Assembly: GCA_965219505.1 (NCBI GenBank)
Contig: OZ244775.1
Span: 2,750,815 to 2,814,814, forward strand
Length of the DNA stretch: 64,000 nucleotides
Direction of reading: 5' to 3'
DNA from: Chloroflexota bacterium
GTDB taxonomy: Bacteria > Chloroflexota > UBA11872 > VXOZ01
The position numbers and the translations under genes were made by a program. Below, piece after piece: positions 49,922 to 60,615 of this stretch. The notes below the pieces were generated by a model. The model made no database searches and was not told the origin of the DNA. It saw only the letters and a list, made by a program, of their open reading frames with translations. The first letter of the stretch is position 1. Every line of letters begins with the position of its first letter.

Positions 49922-50854
49922 CTATGCCCGATACGGCTTACCCGTACGCCGTAGCTCTTTCGTCACCGCAATCTGGCAGGTGACGTAGGCGCTCTCTGTC
50001 GGTCGGCCGCGGTGGTTCATGTCGCCGGCGGAGTAGCCGGGGCGGGCGTCGCCGATGGTGCCGACAATGAGGTTCGCGTGTTCCGTGGTGGTATCGTAGC
50101 GGTCGGCGATGAGGCCCACCATATCCGCCCACGCCGCGCGCACGGCATCCGTCCAGGTGCGGCCCTGACCGGCGGTGAGGTATTCCTCCGCGGCCTCGGC
50201 GACATTGGTAGTTTCGACGACGGGGCTGGAGGTCGAGAAGCCCGGCGAACGGTCTACTCTAATCTTTACAGCCGTGTCGATCTCCACGCCGGTGCCGGTG
50301 AGTTCGCCGTCCGACATGCGCGCGTGGGCGTCGGCTAGAGTCAGCAGACCGCCGGGCTTCTGCGCGCGAATGTGCACGGTGCTGCCGGGGCGCGTTGAGT
50401 TGAAGTCCATGTTGCCGCCGTGGTCGATCTCATACGGGTCCACCGACTCCAACATCACCACGCCGACCATGGGGCGCGCCGGCACCACAAAGTCCGGCGG
50501 AAAGTGCACCAGGCCGTCGCGCACGGGGGCGATGAGGCGCACGCTGCCCCAGATGGGGCCGCCGTTGCGGTAGAAGCCGTAGGGGCCCACCTCCATGTCC
50601 AGGATTTCGATTGCCACCCAGTCTCCCGGCTCGATGCCCTCGATGTAGAACGGCCCGCCCGGTCGCGAATAGCGCGGCGCGCCGACTTCCATGACCGCAC
50701 CGGGCTTGAGTTCGCCTTCTATCTTCAAGTCCTGGTCGTGGCCGCCGACCGTCTCGATGACGACCGTCTCGCCCAATCGCAGAGTGCCTCGGAGTTGACC
50801 GCGCTCAGGATCGTTGGGTCCGTTGTAGTAGGGTGTACGGGTGAAGCGTCGCAT
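49922..50854 (-). CDS. Acetamidase/formamidase (FmdA_AmdA) family amidohydrolase
   Basis: 310 aa. GPFYIEGIEPGD, HGGNMDF, and DGELTGTGVEIDTAVKIRV blocks typical of the FmdA/AmdA family. Confidence 0.75.
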   Translation of the reverse strand: MRRFTRTPYYNGPNDPERGQLRGTLRLGETVVIETVGGHDQDLKIEGELKPGAVMEVGAPRYSRPGGPFYIEGIEPGDWVAIEILDMEVGPYGFYRNGGPIWGSVRLIAPVRDGLVHFPPDFVVPARPMVGVVMLESVDPYEIDHGGNMDFNSTRPGSTVHIRAQKPGGLLTLADAHARMSDGELTGTGVEIDTAVKIRVDRSPGFSTSSPVVETTNVAEAAEEYLTAGQGRTWTDAVRAAWADMVGLIADRYDTTTEHANLIVGTIGDARPGYSAGDMNHRGRPTESAYVTCQIAVTKELRRTGKPYRA

Positions 50855-51176
50855 GCCAGTCCTCCCGCTTGCGGTAATGTTCGGCCGTATCGTGTGGTGC
50901 TCGTTCAGGGCGAAGCCGGCCGGAACTTCCCCTTACAAGCTAATCTTAAGCCGAAATGATGTACGCGCCTAGACCCTTTGCACTGAATCACTCGTATTGT
51001 TAAGCAATTTCATATATTCTGCGGCTGGCAAATCGACATCGTAGTTCGTAAGCGTTAGATCGCTTGACAGAGGCGGAAAATCCGCCCTATACTTACGGAA
51101 ATCTGTCAATGTTGCCGGAGGTGAAAGACCGGTGGTTTGATACCCAATGAAGCCTACGCGGCTTCTTTATTGTTAA

Positions 51177-51252
<76 letters not shown>

Positions 51253-51319
51253 TAGAGATGGCTTTCAGATTCTATTCCGACCAATTCAGCCGCGCAGAGC
51301 GGGGATTGAATTGAACGCA

Positions 51320-51790
51320 ATGGACGAAAAGGCGTCCGAGAATTCAACGAAGGTCGCAAAGAAGGCCGTTGCCATGGGGTCTGGCGCGAAGCCGGTCCTC
51401 CTCTCAGGCGGCAACCCTCAGATCGCGAAGGCCGACGGCGACGCTCCGGTGCAGGCCTACATAGAGGCCATGCCGGGCTGGAGGAGCGACCTTGGACGCC
51501 GCCTCGACGCGCTCATTGTACGCGAAGTGCCCAACGTGCGCAAAGCCGTGCGGTGGAATTCGCCTTGGTATGGCATCAAGGGGCAGGGATGGTTCGTGAG
51601 CTATCACGTCTTTACCCGCTATGTCAAGTTGACATTCATACGTGGTGCGTCGTTGGAACCCGTTCCACCCGGCTCAGGGAAAGACAAGGATGCGCGCTGG
51701 ATCGACATCTACGAGGGCGAATTCGACGAAGAGCAAATGGCCGAATGGGTCCGGCAAGCGGCGGTCCTGCCCGGTTGGGATGGGTTCTGA
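51320..51790 (+). CDS. DUF1801 (YdhG-like) domain protein
   Basis: Start MDEKAS.... WNSPWYGIKGQGWFVSYHVFTRYVKLTFIRG matches the DUF1801 core. The upstream part of the 190-aa ORF in the track overlaps the tRNA and is not coding. Confidence 0.65.
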   Translation: MDEKASENSTKVAKKAVAMGSGAKPVLLSGGNPQIAKADGDAPVQAYIEAMPGWRSDLGRRLDALIVREVPNVRKAVRWNSPWYGIKGQGWFVSYHVFTRYVKLTFIRGASLEPVPPGSGKDKDARWIDIYEGEFDEEQMAEWVRQAAVLPGWDGF

Positions 51791-51916
51791 CGTCATGTGA
51801 ACTGCAATTCACGGTCATTTGCAAAACGGGGCGAAGGTTTCTTTGGGCCTCTTCATAGGCGAGGAGGTGCGCGAACGTGCACAGCAGTACGCGGCACGGT
51901 ATTCCCGGCCTAGTTA

Positions 51917-52149
51917 GAGACCTTTGCATAACCCTTGCCGCATCGAGAAAGTCCCCTCTCCCGGCGGGAGAGGGTTAGGGTGAGGGGGAATCCCCGCAGT
52001 TAGGACCATTTTCACCGATTTTGCACACTTACGCATAGGTCTTAGAGGTAGAAAGGACAGGATAAGCAGGAATCCCCTTACCCCGGCCCTCTCCCGCCGG
52101 GAGAGGGAGTAATTCTTGCGCCGCTGGCCAGAAGTTACGCAAGGGTCTC
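51917..52149. mobile_element. MITE-like palindromic element, copy 2 (~233 bp), TIRs AGAGACCTTTGCATAAC / GTTACGCAAGGGTCTCT
   Basis: Collinear with copy 1 (7244-7462) over its full length, with the same internal complementary arms. Intergenic between the DUF1801 gene and the NCS2 permease gene. Confidence 0.7.
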
Positions 52150-52340
52150 TAGTTGGGAGAGAATCGGAGGATACGTTCTTGCCGAGCCGATTTTCCGAAT
52201 TCTTGAGATCCTTTGGATGACCATGTGGGTCGCTTGACTGGCTCACCATATAGATGCCTCCCAGTGAGAATACCGCGGTACAGTACTCTTAGGCTCATCG
52301 CAGCAGTGGGCGTTGGGCAAAATGGAGCGAGGTGTAACGC

Positions 52341-54083
52341 ATGGCTGCAGTGAACGTCAACGACAACGTCCGCTACGAACCTGATGAGAACCCTCCCCGG
52401 TTAGTTACCATTGGCTCCGGCGTTCAGGCTGCCATCCTAATCCTGGCCCCGGTAGTGTTGACCGTCGTCATCGTGTCTCGCATTGCCGGGCAGTCGGTAG
52501 GCTTCATGACCTGGGCCGTCTTTGCAGCGTTGCTCGTTAGCGGATCCACGACGATACTCCAAGCGGTTCGCGTCGGACGGTTTGGCTCGGGGCACGTGCT
52601 GATGATGGGCACGTCGGGGGCTTTCATTGCCGTCTGTGTCGCGGCCCTCAAGCTGGCGGGCCCGGCCACAATGGCGAGCCTGATCGTTATTTCATCGCTA
52701 TTCCAGTTTCTGTTGGCGGCACGCCTCTCGCTGCTACGCCGCATCTTTACACCGATCGTCACCGGTACAGTGATCATGCTGATCGCGGCCACGGTAATGC
52801 CCATCATCTTCGATTCGCTCACTGACGTGCCTGAAGGGTCACCACAGGCGGCTGCACCGGTGGCGGCCCTGGTTACGCTGGTTATCGTGGCGGCGATGGT
52901 GGTACGCGCGCCGCCGGCCTGGCGGCTGTGGTCGCCAATCATCGCCATTGCCGCAGGTTGTCTCGTCTCCATTCCTTTTGGCATCTACGAACTTCAACAA
53001 GTGCTGGATGCGCCGTGGATCGGCGTTCCTTTTGACTCTTGGCCGGGATTTGATATTACTCCCGGTGTTGAGTTTTGGGCGCTCCTGCCCGCGTTCATCG
53101 TGGTTACCTTGGTTGGGGCTATCGAGACCATTGGAGACGGTGTGGCGATCCAGCGCGTCTCCCGCCGCAATCCCCGCGCTACGGACTTTCGCGTCGTGCA
53201 AGGCGCGCTGAATGCCGACGGCGTGGGCAATTTCCTCTCCGGCATACTGGCGACGGTGCCGAATACCACCTATTCATCCAGCATCTCTCTTGCCGAGGTC
53301 ACAGGGGTCGCCGCTAGGCGCGTGGGCGTGGTTATCGGTGTCATATTCGTTGTACTTGCGTTCTTCCCCAAAGTTGCCGCCTTGCTGATTGCTATTCCCG
53401 CTCCCGTGGCGGCTGCGTATATCACTGTGCTTGTCGTATTGCTCTTTGTGCAGGGCATGAGAATTGTCATCCAGGACGGCATGGACCACCGCAAGGCTGT
53501 AGTTGTCGGTCTGTCATTTTGGGTTGGCGCGGGTTTCCAGAGTGGATGGATCTTTCCGGAGTTGCTGGGCGAAGGCTTCTTGGGCGTGCTGCTGAGCAAC
53601 GGCATGACCGCCGGCGCTATCGTGGCGATTATTGTGATGGTGTTCATCGAGCTAACGCGCCCGCGGCGCAGGCGGTTACAGGTTGCTTTGGAGAGCGACG
53701 CCCTGCCGAAGATCGAGCAGTTCCTGCTGGCGTTTGCGGCAAAGCGCAAATGGAACGACGCCTCAGCGGAACGGCTGACCTCTGCGGGCGAAGAGACGCT
53801 CGCAATCCTGTTGCAGGAAAGTGATGGGGCCGAGGCTACTGATACGGCGCGGCGCTTGACCATAAACGCCCGCATTGAGGGCGAATCGGCGGAATTGGAA
53901 TTCGTGACGTCACTGGAAGGTGAGAACGTGGAGGACTACCTGGTGCACCTCAATGAGCTTCCGCCCGTGCCGGACGAACACGAAGTGTCGTTCCGCCTGC
54001 TCTGGCACTATGCGTCCTCCGTGCGGCATCAGAAGTATCACGGGTTGGACATTATTACGGTGCAGGTTGAAGGCTCGCGCTAG
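52341..54083 (+). CDS. Nucleobase:cation symporter-2 (NCS2/xanthine-uracil permease) family transporter with a ~140-aa C-terminal cytoplasmic extension
   Basis: LSGILATVPNTTYSSSISLAEVTGVAARRV matches the NCS2 signature (xTPNTTYxENIG...TxV). 12-14 predicted TM helices. Hydrophilic tail after ~aa 440. GGAGCGAGG RBS. Confidence 0.8.
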   Translation: MAAVNVNDNVRYEPDENPPRLVTIGSGVQAAILILAPVVLTVVIVSRIAGQSVGFMTWAVFAALLVSGSTTILQAVRVGRFGSGHVLMMGTSGAFIAVCVAALKLAGPATMASLIVISSLFQFLLAARLSLLRRIFTPIVTGTVIMLIAATVMPIIFDSLTDVPEGSPQAAAPVAALVTLVIVAAMVVRAPPAWRLWSPIIAIAAGCLVSIPFGIYELQQVLDAPWIGVPFDSWPGFDITPGVEFWALLPAFIVVTLVGAIETIGDGVAIQRVSRRNPRATDFRVVQGALNADGVGNFLSGILATVPNTTYSSSISLAEVTGVAARRVGVVIGVIFVVLAFFPKVAALLIAIPAPVAAAYITVLVVLLFVQGMRIVIQDGMDHRKAVVVGLSFWVGAGFQSGWIFPELLGEGFLGVLLSNGMTAGAIVAIIVMVFIELTRPRRRRLQVALESDALPKIEQFLLAFAAKRKWNDASAERLTSAGEETLAILLQESDGAEATDTARRLTINARIEGESAELEFVTSLEGENVEDYLVHLNELPPVPDEHEVSFRLLWHYASSVRHQKYHGLDIITVQVEGSR

Positions 54084-54226
54084 GGGCTCGATCTAGATGG
54101 CTTGCGCCAGTGCGTTGCACTACAGGCTCGCGCTAGAAACGTGTACCTTGCCCAGAGTGAGCAAGCGGTGTTATCTTGTCGGCGATTCTCACCTGAATCA
54201 GCAAGCTCACTTGCGCTTCCTACGCC

Positions 54227-54799
54227 ATGTCCATTGCGATTGTCGAACACTCCCCCGCTCTCCTGGGCAGCTACAGCGACATTCCCATCTCGTTCACCGT
54301 CGACTCGCAATACCGTGTTGACACAATCGACCGGGGACTTGGTGGCTGGAGGCTCGTTGAAGAGCGGGTGGACCCTCCGTACGTCAAGGACTATGACGAG
54401 GGAGGCGAGCGAGCGCTCCAGTGGCTGAAGCGGTGGGACATAGCGAATTGGGTGGTCCTGGCAGCTATGAGGAATGGGTCGCGTCTTGGAGGCGCTGTCG
54501 TCGCCTGGAACACTCTTGGCGTAAACATGCTGGAAGGCCGTGACGACCTGGCGGTGCTCTGGGACTTGCGCGTTTATCCGGACCACCGCCGAGAGGGCAT
54601 TGGCAAGCGGCTTTTTGACCATGCCGCCGCATGGGCACACGCTAAAGGGTGTCGGCAACTCAAGGTGGAAACACAGGACATCAACGTGCGGGCGTGCAAG
54701 TTCTATGCCAAGCAGGGCTGCTATCTCGGGGCGGTACACTCCGGCGCATATCCAGAGATTCCCGACGAAGTCCAGCTACTCTGGTATCTAAACCTCTAA
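54227..54799 (+). CDS. GNAT-family N-acetyltransferase
   Basis: Acetyl-CoA binding region VYPDHRREGIGKRLFDHAAAWA (R/Q-x-x-G-x-G/A motif). Confidence 0.75.
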   Translation: MSIAIVEHSPALLGSYSDIPISFTVDSQYRVDTIDRGLGGWRLVEERVDPPYVKDYDEGGERALQWLKRWDIANWVVLAAMRNGSRLGGAVVAWNTLGVNMLEGRDDLAVLWDLRVYPDHRREGIGKRLFDHAAAWAHAKGCRQLKVETQDINVRACKFYAKQGCYLGAVHSGAYPEIPDEVQLLWYLNL

Positions 54800-55094
54800 G
54801 AGGGTGTTTCCAAAGGTGTTGTCTGCACGAGTAACGTTCGCCCTGAGCTTGTCGAAGGGCAGTTCATACTTCGACAGGCTCAGCACGAACAGTTTTCATG
54901 GGCTTTGCAAACACCCTCTAAGTGATTCCGCGCAGACGCACTTATCTGCTGCCTAGAGTCTTCTGCAGGACTGACCCCATTGCCGGACGCGCGCCGAATA
55001 TCTTGCTCAAACTTGGCGGACTTTTGCTGGCTCTGGGGCAGATGCAACTTCTCAGTCTCACTCCGCGGTCTAAAGAGCTACATCGGACTTCACC

Positions 55095-55628
55095 TCATGC
55101 AACAGCGATCTCGGTGATGTCTTTCCAGCCGTAGGCCACCTCTATGAGGTCTGTGCCGCCAATCGTGATGGTCTTTTGCTCGACGTACTCTCCTCCCATC
55201 AATTCGTAGAACCGGCATGCCGGATGGTTGTCCTCGAGTACCCACAGCAGCATTGAATCTATGTCCTGACTAATAAAGTGATGGACCATCGCCGAGAAAA
55301 GCCTTCGACCCACGCCTCTGCGCTGATGGCCCTTCAGCACGTAGATGGCGAAGAGTTCACCACGGTAGAGCGGATTGCCTTCTCGCTCCGGCGCTCCATA
55401 TGCAAAGCCTACAACCTCGCCGTCATCGGTCTCAGCCACAACCATGCACGTAGCCGGCCGGTCTGCTGTGAGAGCTTGCTTCCACATTTGCTCTCTACCC
55501 GCATACGAGAGGCCGGCCAAAAATTCGGCCGGCAGGATGCCGGCATATGCGGTGCGCCACGTGTCCACGTGGACTCGGGCGATGGCGCCAGCATCCGTCG
55601 GGCAGGCCTCTCTTATGCGAATCTTCAT
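55095..55628 (-). CDS. GNAT-family N-acetyltransferase (tandem paralog A)
   Basis: VLKGHQRRGVGRRLF motif. ~60% identical to the adjacent paralog. Confidence 0.8.
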   Translation of the reverse strand: MKIRIREACPTDAGAIARVHVDTWRTAYAGILPAEFLAGLSYAGREQMWKQALTADRPATCMVVAETDDGEVVGFAYGAPEREGNPLYRGELFAIYVLKGHQRRGVGRRLFSAMVHHFISQDIDSMLLWVLEDNHPACRFYELMGGEYVEQKTITIGGTDLIEVAYGWKDITEIAVA

Positions 55629-55689
55629 GCTGACTTCATCTACTTAGAGTTGAGAAACTACAGCGCACTTGACAGATTCAGTCGCCACA

Positions 55690-56232
55690 TTAGTCGCATT
55701 TCCCGGCAGCCAGACTAGCTATGTGCTTCCAGCCGTAGGACACCATCACAAGATCTGTGCCGCTGATTGTAACAGTCTTATGATCGAGATACTCCCCTCC
55801 CATCGATTCGTAGAATCGCCGGGCCGGATGGTTTTCCTTGAACACCCACAATTGCATCGAGTCTATTCCGTGTTTTAGAAAGTGCTTGGCCGCAGCCGAG
55901 AAAAGACGACGCCCGATGCCCTGGCGCTGACACTCATCGAGAACGTAAATGGCGAAGATTTCGCCCCGGTAAACGCGGTTGCCCTCTCGCTCCGGGGCGA
56001 CATATGCAAAACCGACAACTTCGCCCCCATCGGTCTCGGCTACAAGCATGCTCGTAGCGGGCCAGTCTGTCTTGAGGGTCTCCTCCCACATTTTCTTGCA
56101 ATCCGCATACGAAAAGTCAGCCAAGTTCTCGTCTATAAGGATGCCCGCATACGTAGTCTGCCTTGTGTCCATGTGCACTTGTGCAATAGCACCGGTGTCT
56201 GCCGCCTCGGCCCATCTGATGCGTATCTCCAC
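55690..56232 (-). CDS. GNAT-family N-acetyltransferase (tandem paralog B)
   Basis: VLDECQRQGIGRRLF motif. Collinear with paralog A. Confidence 0.8.
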   Translation of the reverse strand: MEIRIRWAEAADTGAIAQVHMDTRQTTYAGILIDENLADFSYADCKKMWEETLKTDWPATSMLVAETDGGEVVGFAYVAPEREGNRVYRGEIFAIYVLDECQRQGIGRRLFSAAAKHFLKHGIDSMQLWVFKENHPARRFYESMGGEYLDHKTVTISGTDLVMVSYGWKHIASLAAGKCD

Positions 56233-56283
56233 GCTGTTCTCCAGCTACCTATGACCCATGGGCGCTACACCTCTTGTAAGCAC

Positions 56284-57900
56284 TTATTCCGCCAACAGCC
56301 GCTGAGCGATTTCCTTCGCCTCGTCGAGGTCCTTAGCGAATTGACCTGCAGGTACGCGGTCGAGTACGTTGAGCGCGTGCAGAGAAGCGGCGGGCGAACC
56401 CGTTAGGCTCGTTATGATGCATTCAGTCTCTTCTGCGATGGCGATATCGATCATCTGCTCGACCACCAGTGCGGCGCTGTCGTCTATGTAGACGGTCTCG
56501 GAGAAGTCGAGAATTACGACCTCGTGATCCCGGATGTCCACGCTGATCGTGTTGATGAGCTTGTTGGAAGAGGCTACAGAGAAGCTGCCTCTGAGCGCCA
56601 CCAGGCCCACGCGTGCGGAGAATTCATCTGTCTCTTCCTCGCTTTCATCACTCTCCAGGAAACTCTGGTCCAGCAGCGGCACGGAAACAACTCTATCGAG
56701 TTCCAGGCGCTCGAACTGGCGCGCGCTGGCCATACCGGCAGCAATTAGGCCGATGGCGACTGCGGTAACCAGGTCAACGAAAACAGTGAGCCCGAGTGTG
56801 ATCAGCATTACCAGCAGGTGTTCCCGCTGCACGCGGTGAACCCGCATGATAAACCGCCAATCGATGATGTCCCAGCCGACTTTCAACAGAATGCCGGCAA
56901 GTACCGCGTGTGGGATCGCCTCGACGTACTTGCCGAGACCAAGCACGAGCGCCAGCAGAATCGCCGCCCGCAATGCACCGGAGACCTGGGTCTGCCCACC
57001 GGCGCGGATGTTCACCACAGTGCCCAGAGTGGCTCCGGCGCCCGGCAGGCCCCCGATAAATCCGGCGACCAAGTTGCCGATGCCCTGGCCCACCAACTCG
57101 CGGTTTGGGTTGTGACGGGTGCGGGTCATTGCATCGGCTATTAGTGATGTAAGCAGGCTGTCGATGGAACCAAGCAGCGCGAGGATTAGCGCGGGTTCTA
57201 TCGCTCTAACCAATAGGGAGAGTGAAAACACCGGCATCTCTAGCTGCGGCAGGCCGGTGGGAACTTCACCAATGACCGGCACGTCGGTCAACCACAGCAC
57301 GCCGAGTAGCGTACCGGCAACGAGGGCCGCCAACGTGGGAGGAAAATACTTTCGAAATTGCTGGGGCCACAGCACGCCTACCACGAGAGTTACGGCGGCG
57401 ATGGCGAACGCACTGAAGTTGACGTTGTTCATCGCGTTCGGTAAGGCTCGAATGACCCCAACCGGCCCGCCCGTGGCGCCTGCCGCACCCAGAAAAGGCA
57501 GGGTCTGCAAGAGCATGATGATTATGCCGATGCCGGACATGAACCCGGATATCACCGAATACGGCGTGAAGGCGACAAAGCGGCCGATGCGCATCACGCC
57601 TAGCAGGATCTGAATGAGGCCGGCCATGATAACGATGGTGAAGGCTTCGGCCAGGGTGTCGGCGTGGGTGGTGACGATAACCGCCATGGCCACGGCCATG
57701 GGACCCGTGGGACCCGAGATTTGAGACTTCGTTCCGCCGAAAACGGCCGCGAAGAAGCCGACCGCAATTGCCCCATATATGCCGGCAAGCGCCCCCAGGC
57801 CGGACGCGACTCCGAAGGCAAGCGCCACCGGCAGGCCTACCACGGCTGCGGTGATGCCGCCAAAGAGGTCGCCCCGGAGTGTTTGGAAGTTGTAGGTCAC
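56284..57900 (-). CDS. SulP-family anion transporter with C-terminal STAS domain
   Basis: N-terminal DLFGGITAAVVGLPVALAFGVASG (SulP signature), multiple TM segments, C-terminal STAS-like region. Confidence 0.85.
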   Translation of the reverse strand: MTYNFQTLRGDLFGGITAAVVGLPVALAFGVASGLGALAGIYGAIAVGFFAAVFGGTKSQISGPTGPMAVAMAVIVTTHADTLAEAFTIVIMAGLIQILLGVMRIGRFVAFTPYSVISGFMSGIGIIIMLLQTLPFLGAAGATGGPVGVIRALPNAMNNVNFSAFAIAAVTLVVGVLWPQQFRKYFPPTLAALVAGTLLGVLWLTDVPVIGEVPTGLPQLEMPVFSLSLLVRAIEPALILALLGSIDSLLTSLIADAMTRTRHNPNRELVGQGIGNLVAGFIGGLPGAGATLGTVVNIRAGGQTQVSGALRAAILLALVLGLGKYVEAIPHAVLAGILLKVGWDIIDWRFIMRVHRVQREHLLVMLITLGLTVFVDLVTAVAIGLIAAGMASARQFERLELDRVVSVPLLDQSFLESDESEEETDEFSARVGLVALRGSFSVASSNKLINTISVDIRDHEVVILDFSETVYIDDSAALVVEQMIDIAIAEETECIITSLTGSPAASLHALNVLDRVPAGQFAKDLDEAKEIAQRLLAE

Positions 57901-58427
57901 TTTCGCTCTTCCAAAGGTTTTGAGCTGAGTGCGCTTACTTCAAATCCTTGGTAACCGATCTTGCCGCAAAGACACCCAAAGGAACGGCGCGATTGCTCCC
58001 ATGTCCGCCGGGAGGCAGTGGGGCCGCTCGCTACCGGGCCTTGCGGGCGAGCTCTCACGACTCTGCCAACGGCAGCCTTTCAAATTGCTGAATTATATAC
58101 ATTTAGGGGCTGCCGGACATTCCATAGCGAATAAGATGCTACCACAACAGAATAGGCGCGTCAGTGCTAGTCCAGCGACACGAGTCGCTCAGCATGAGAC
58201 CCGGTTAGCGGGGACGGCAAGAGGATTACCCCCACAGATCCACGGAGCAAGATACAAGGTGGGTTGGCATCGCTCCGTGCCTGAGACTCGAGCGTCTCGT
58301 GTGCGCAGAGAAGCAGGAATTTAGCAGACTAGCGCCACCACGAGCGCGAGATGAGAAAGACCGCGTCTATCGCCGCGTCAGGCTTCGCTTTCCAAGCGTC
58401 GGAGTTGCGCGTCGTTTCCTACCAGCA

Positions 58428-59540
58428 CTACGCTATCGCCCCCGATTCCATGATCGTTTCCTCATCAGGTGTGAGCAGCAACCTGCCGTCTTGCTTGCTT
58501 ACCGCGAGCACTCGAACTTGATGCCCTGTATCTAGTGCGGCAATGGTTGCTCCCACGAGCGTCGAACCGGGCGCGTCGGCAACATAGGCGATCCGAGGGC
58601 TGGCGCGCGAGTGATCCACGACATTATCGAAGTAGTCTGCCGCGAGCGGCTTGACGGCAGACAGCGCCATGCGCCGCCCACCAATGCTGTACGGCGTGAC
58701 GACCCGATCTGCGCCCGCCAACCTGAGTTTCTCTCCGGTTTCGACGGCATCAGCGCGGGCGACTATGGTGAGATTGGAGTTGATGGCCTTTGCGGTGAGC
58801 GTAATGAGCATGTTGCTGCTGTCGCTGCCGGTAGCGGCGATGAGACCGCGAGCGCGTTCGATCCCGGCTTCGAGGAGAGTCGCATTGTGGGTGGCATCTC
58901 TGCAGATGGCGAGGAGACCGTCCTCCTCCGCAGCGGCTATGGCGGCTTCAGTGCTGTCAACGACGACAACGTCCACGTCTTCTCCGTGAATCGCGGCGGC
59001 GGCTTCACGGCCCACTCTGCCGAAACCACAAAGTGTGAAATGCGCTTCAACCGCATCGATCTACTTTTTCATTCGTCGCCTCCGCATGAATACTCTGAGT
59101 ACCTCGTCCTCTACCACGGTCTGCACGGTCACCGTGAGTATGTAGAGCATCAGCCCGACACCGCCCAGCATGATGAAGAGGTTGAAAACGCGACCGACCG
59201 GTGAAAGGGGCCACACCTCTTCATACCCTACCGTCGTCATGGTGAGCACCGTCATGTAGACGGCGTCGAAAAGGCTCCAACCTTCGATCACCACGTAGCC
59301 CGTGGAGCCCACCAGAAAGATGATAGCAAGCGCCAGGCCGCCACGCATGAGCCGACCGCTCGCGGCGATGGCTACGAGCAAATCGTGTACATGGTGTCTG
59401 ATAGCCACGTTGAGTTTCTGGGGACCCTTAGCTGAGAATGGGAAACTGCCAGTAAAGAGAGGTGAACCCTTCGCTTGGCTCTCAGCCAGAGATCCTGGAT
59501 CGAGTGCGGCCTCCGCTCTTGCCGCACACGATCGGCCCAA
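58428..59540 (-). pseudogene. MthK-like K+ channel (2-TM pore domain + RCK/TrkA domain) interrupted by an in-frame TAG at 59061-59063
   Basis: Upstream ORF (59540-59064) encodes TM helices and the pore TVLTMTTVGYEEV. After TAG the same frame continues IDAVEAHFTLCGFGRVGREAAAAI (Rossmann GxGxxG of the RCK domain) into ORF 58428-59015 (TrkA-N/TrkA-C). Confidence 0.6.
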
Positions 59541-59763
59541 GCGAGCGGAGTTTCTTATTCACTCCAGCAATTCTAGCACACGCATGTGCGAGTGAATTTT
59601 CTCCCGATTGGGTGGCTCAAAGGCGCTAAGCTCACTTGAAATCGAGCTAACTTGGAGAGAGTCCATTTGCATGGTATGTTTCTAATGATGGACTTTGACA
59701 CGCAAATCTAAGCAGTCTGCCTGGTGTCCATGGTGTAGTGCGTAGCGGTTTACTATCGACAAG

Positions 59764-60099
59764 TTGGAGTTAGAACCAGCAATGATGCTCAAACAAGAAA
59801 TCTTGGAAGACATCATCAACAGAATAGTCGAGACTGTCCGCCCGGAGAAGATAATCCTGTTCGGCTCGGCGGCTCGCGGCGAGATGGGGCCGAATAGCGA
59901 CGTGGATCTTCTTATAATTAGGCAAGGCGGACACTCGCGCAAGCTGGTGGGGCGGATTTACCGTAAACTGCATGGTGTAGGTGCGGCAGTAGACGCCGTT
60001 ATGGTCTCGCCCGCGGACGTGGAGCGCTATAAGGACAGCCACGCGCTGGTCATCAAACCGGCGCTGGCGGAAGGAAGAGTCGTGTATGACGCCTCCTGA
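59764..60099 (+). CDS. mntA: Nucleotidyltransferase (MNT/MntA-like) antitoxin of a type VII HepT/MntA toxin-antitoxin pair
   Basis: Minimal NTase motif LFGSAARGEMGPNSDVDLLI (GSx9-13DxD). 111 aa. Immediately followed by a HEPN gene. Confidence 0.7.
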   Translation: MELEPAMMLKQEILEDIINRIVETVRPEKIILFGSAARGEMGPNSDVDLLIIRQGGHSRKLVGRIYRKLHGVGAAVDAVMVSPADVERYKDSHALVIKPALAEGRVVYDAS

Positions 60100-60113
60100 G
60101 CGCTTCCCACCGG

Positions 60114-60494
60114 ATGGACCCCAGAGAGTGGTTGAACCGCGCCAAGAGCAATCTAGCAATGGCAATGAACCGAACTCCCGATGTCTACATGGAAGCTCTG
60201 TGCTTTGAGGCCCAGCAGGCGGCGGAGAAGGCTATCAAGGCAATAATGATGATGCGCGGCATCGAATTTCCCTATGTGCATGACTTGGCTCGGCTGCTGT
60301 CCTTGCTCGAGGAAGCAGGGGAAACACTGCCGGAGATCGTTATACAGGCTGAGGAGCTGACTCAGTACGCTATAACAACGCGCTATCCAACGCCCGAACA
60401 ACCGGTCACCGAACGAGACTACAGCCAAGCAGTTAGGATAGCTGAGGCAGTTGTCCGCTGGGCCGAGGAGCGCGCATTAGGCTCCTTGCCATGA
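60114..60494 (+). CDS. hepT: HEPN-domain protein (HepT-like toxin partner)
   Basis: PF05168-type HEPN: ...FEAQQAAEKAIKAIM...H.LARLL...LTQYAITTRYP. 126 aa, 15 bp after the MNT stop. Confidence 0.7.
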   Translation: MDPREWLNRAKSNLAMAMNRTPDVYMEALCFEAQQAAEKAIKAIMMMRGIEFPYVHDLARLLSLLEEAGETLPEIVIQAEELTQYAITTRYPTPEQPVTERDYSQAVRIAEAVVRWAEERALGSLP

Positions 60495-60615
60495 ACGACC
60501 TAGGGTGCTCTCATAGTAATCCCGGACTGCAGCTTGAGGTTTTTTTGAATGACCAGAGTGTAGAGTTCTTATTCCCTATCCTGAATGGGCAGAGGAGACT
60601 TGGTTCGGCCGTAGG

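Noticed and set aside
52424-53875. Several 120-200-aa ORFs antisense to the NCS2 permease
   Set aside because: Embedded antisense frames. The permease carries the NCS2 signature.
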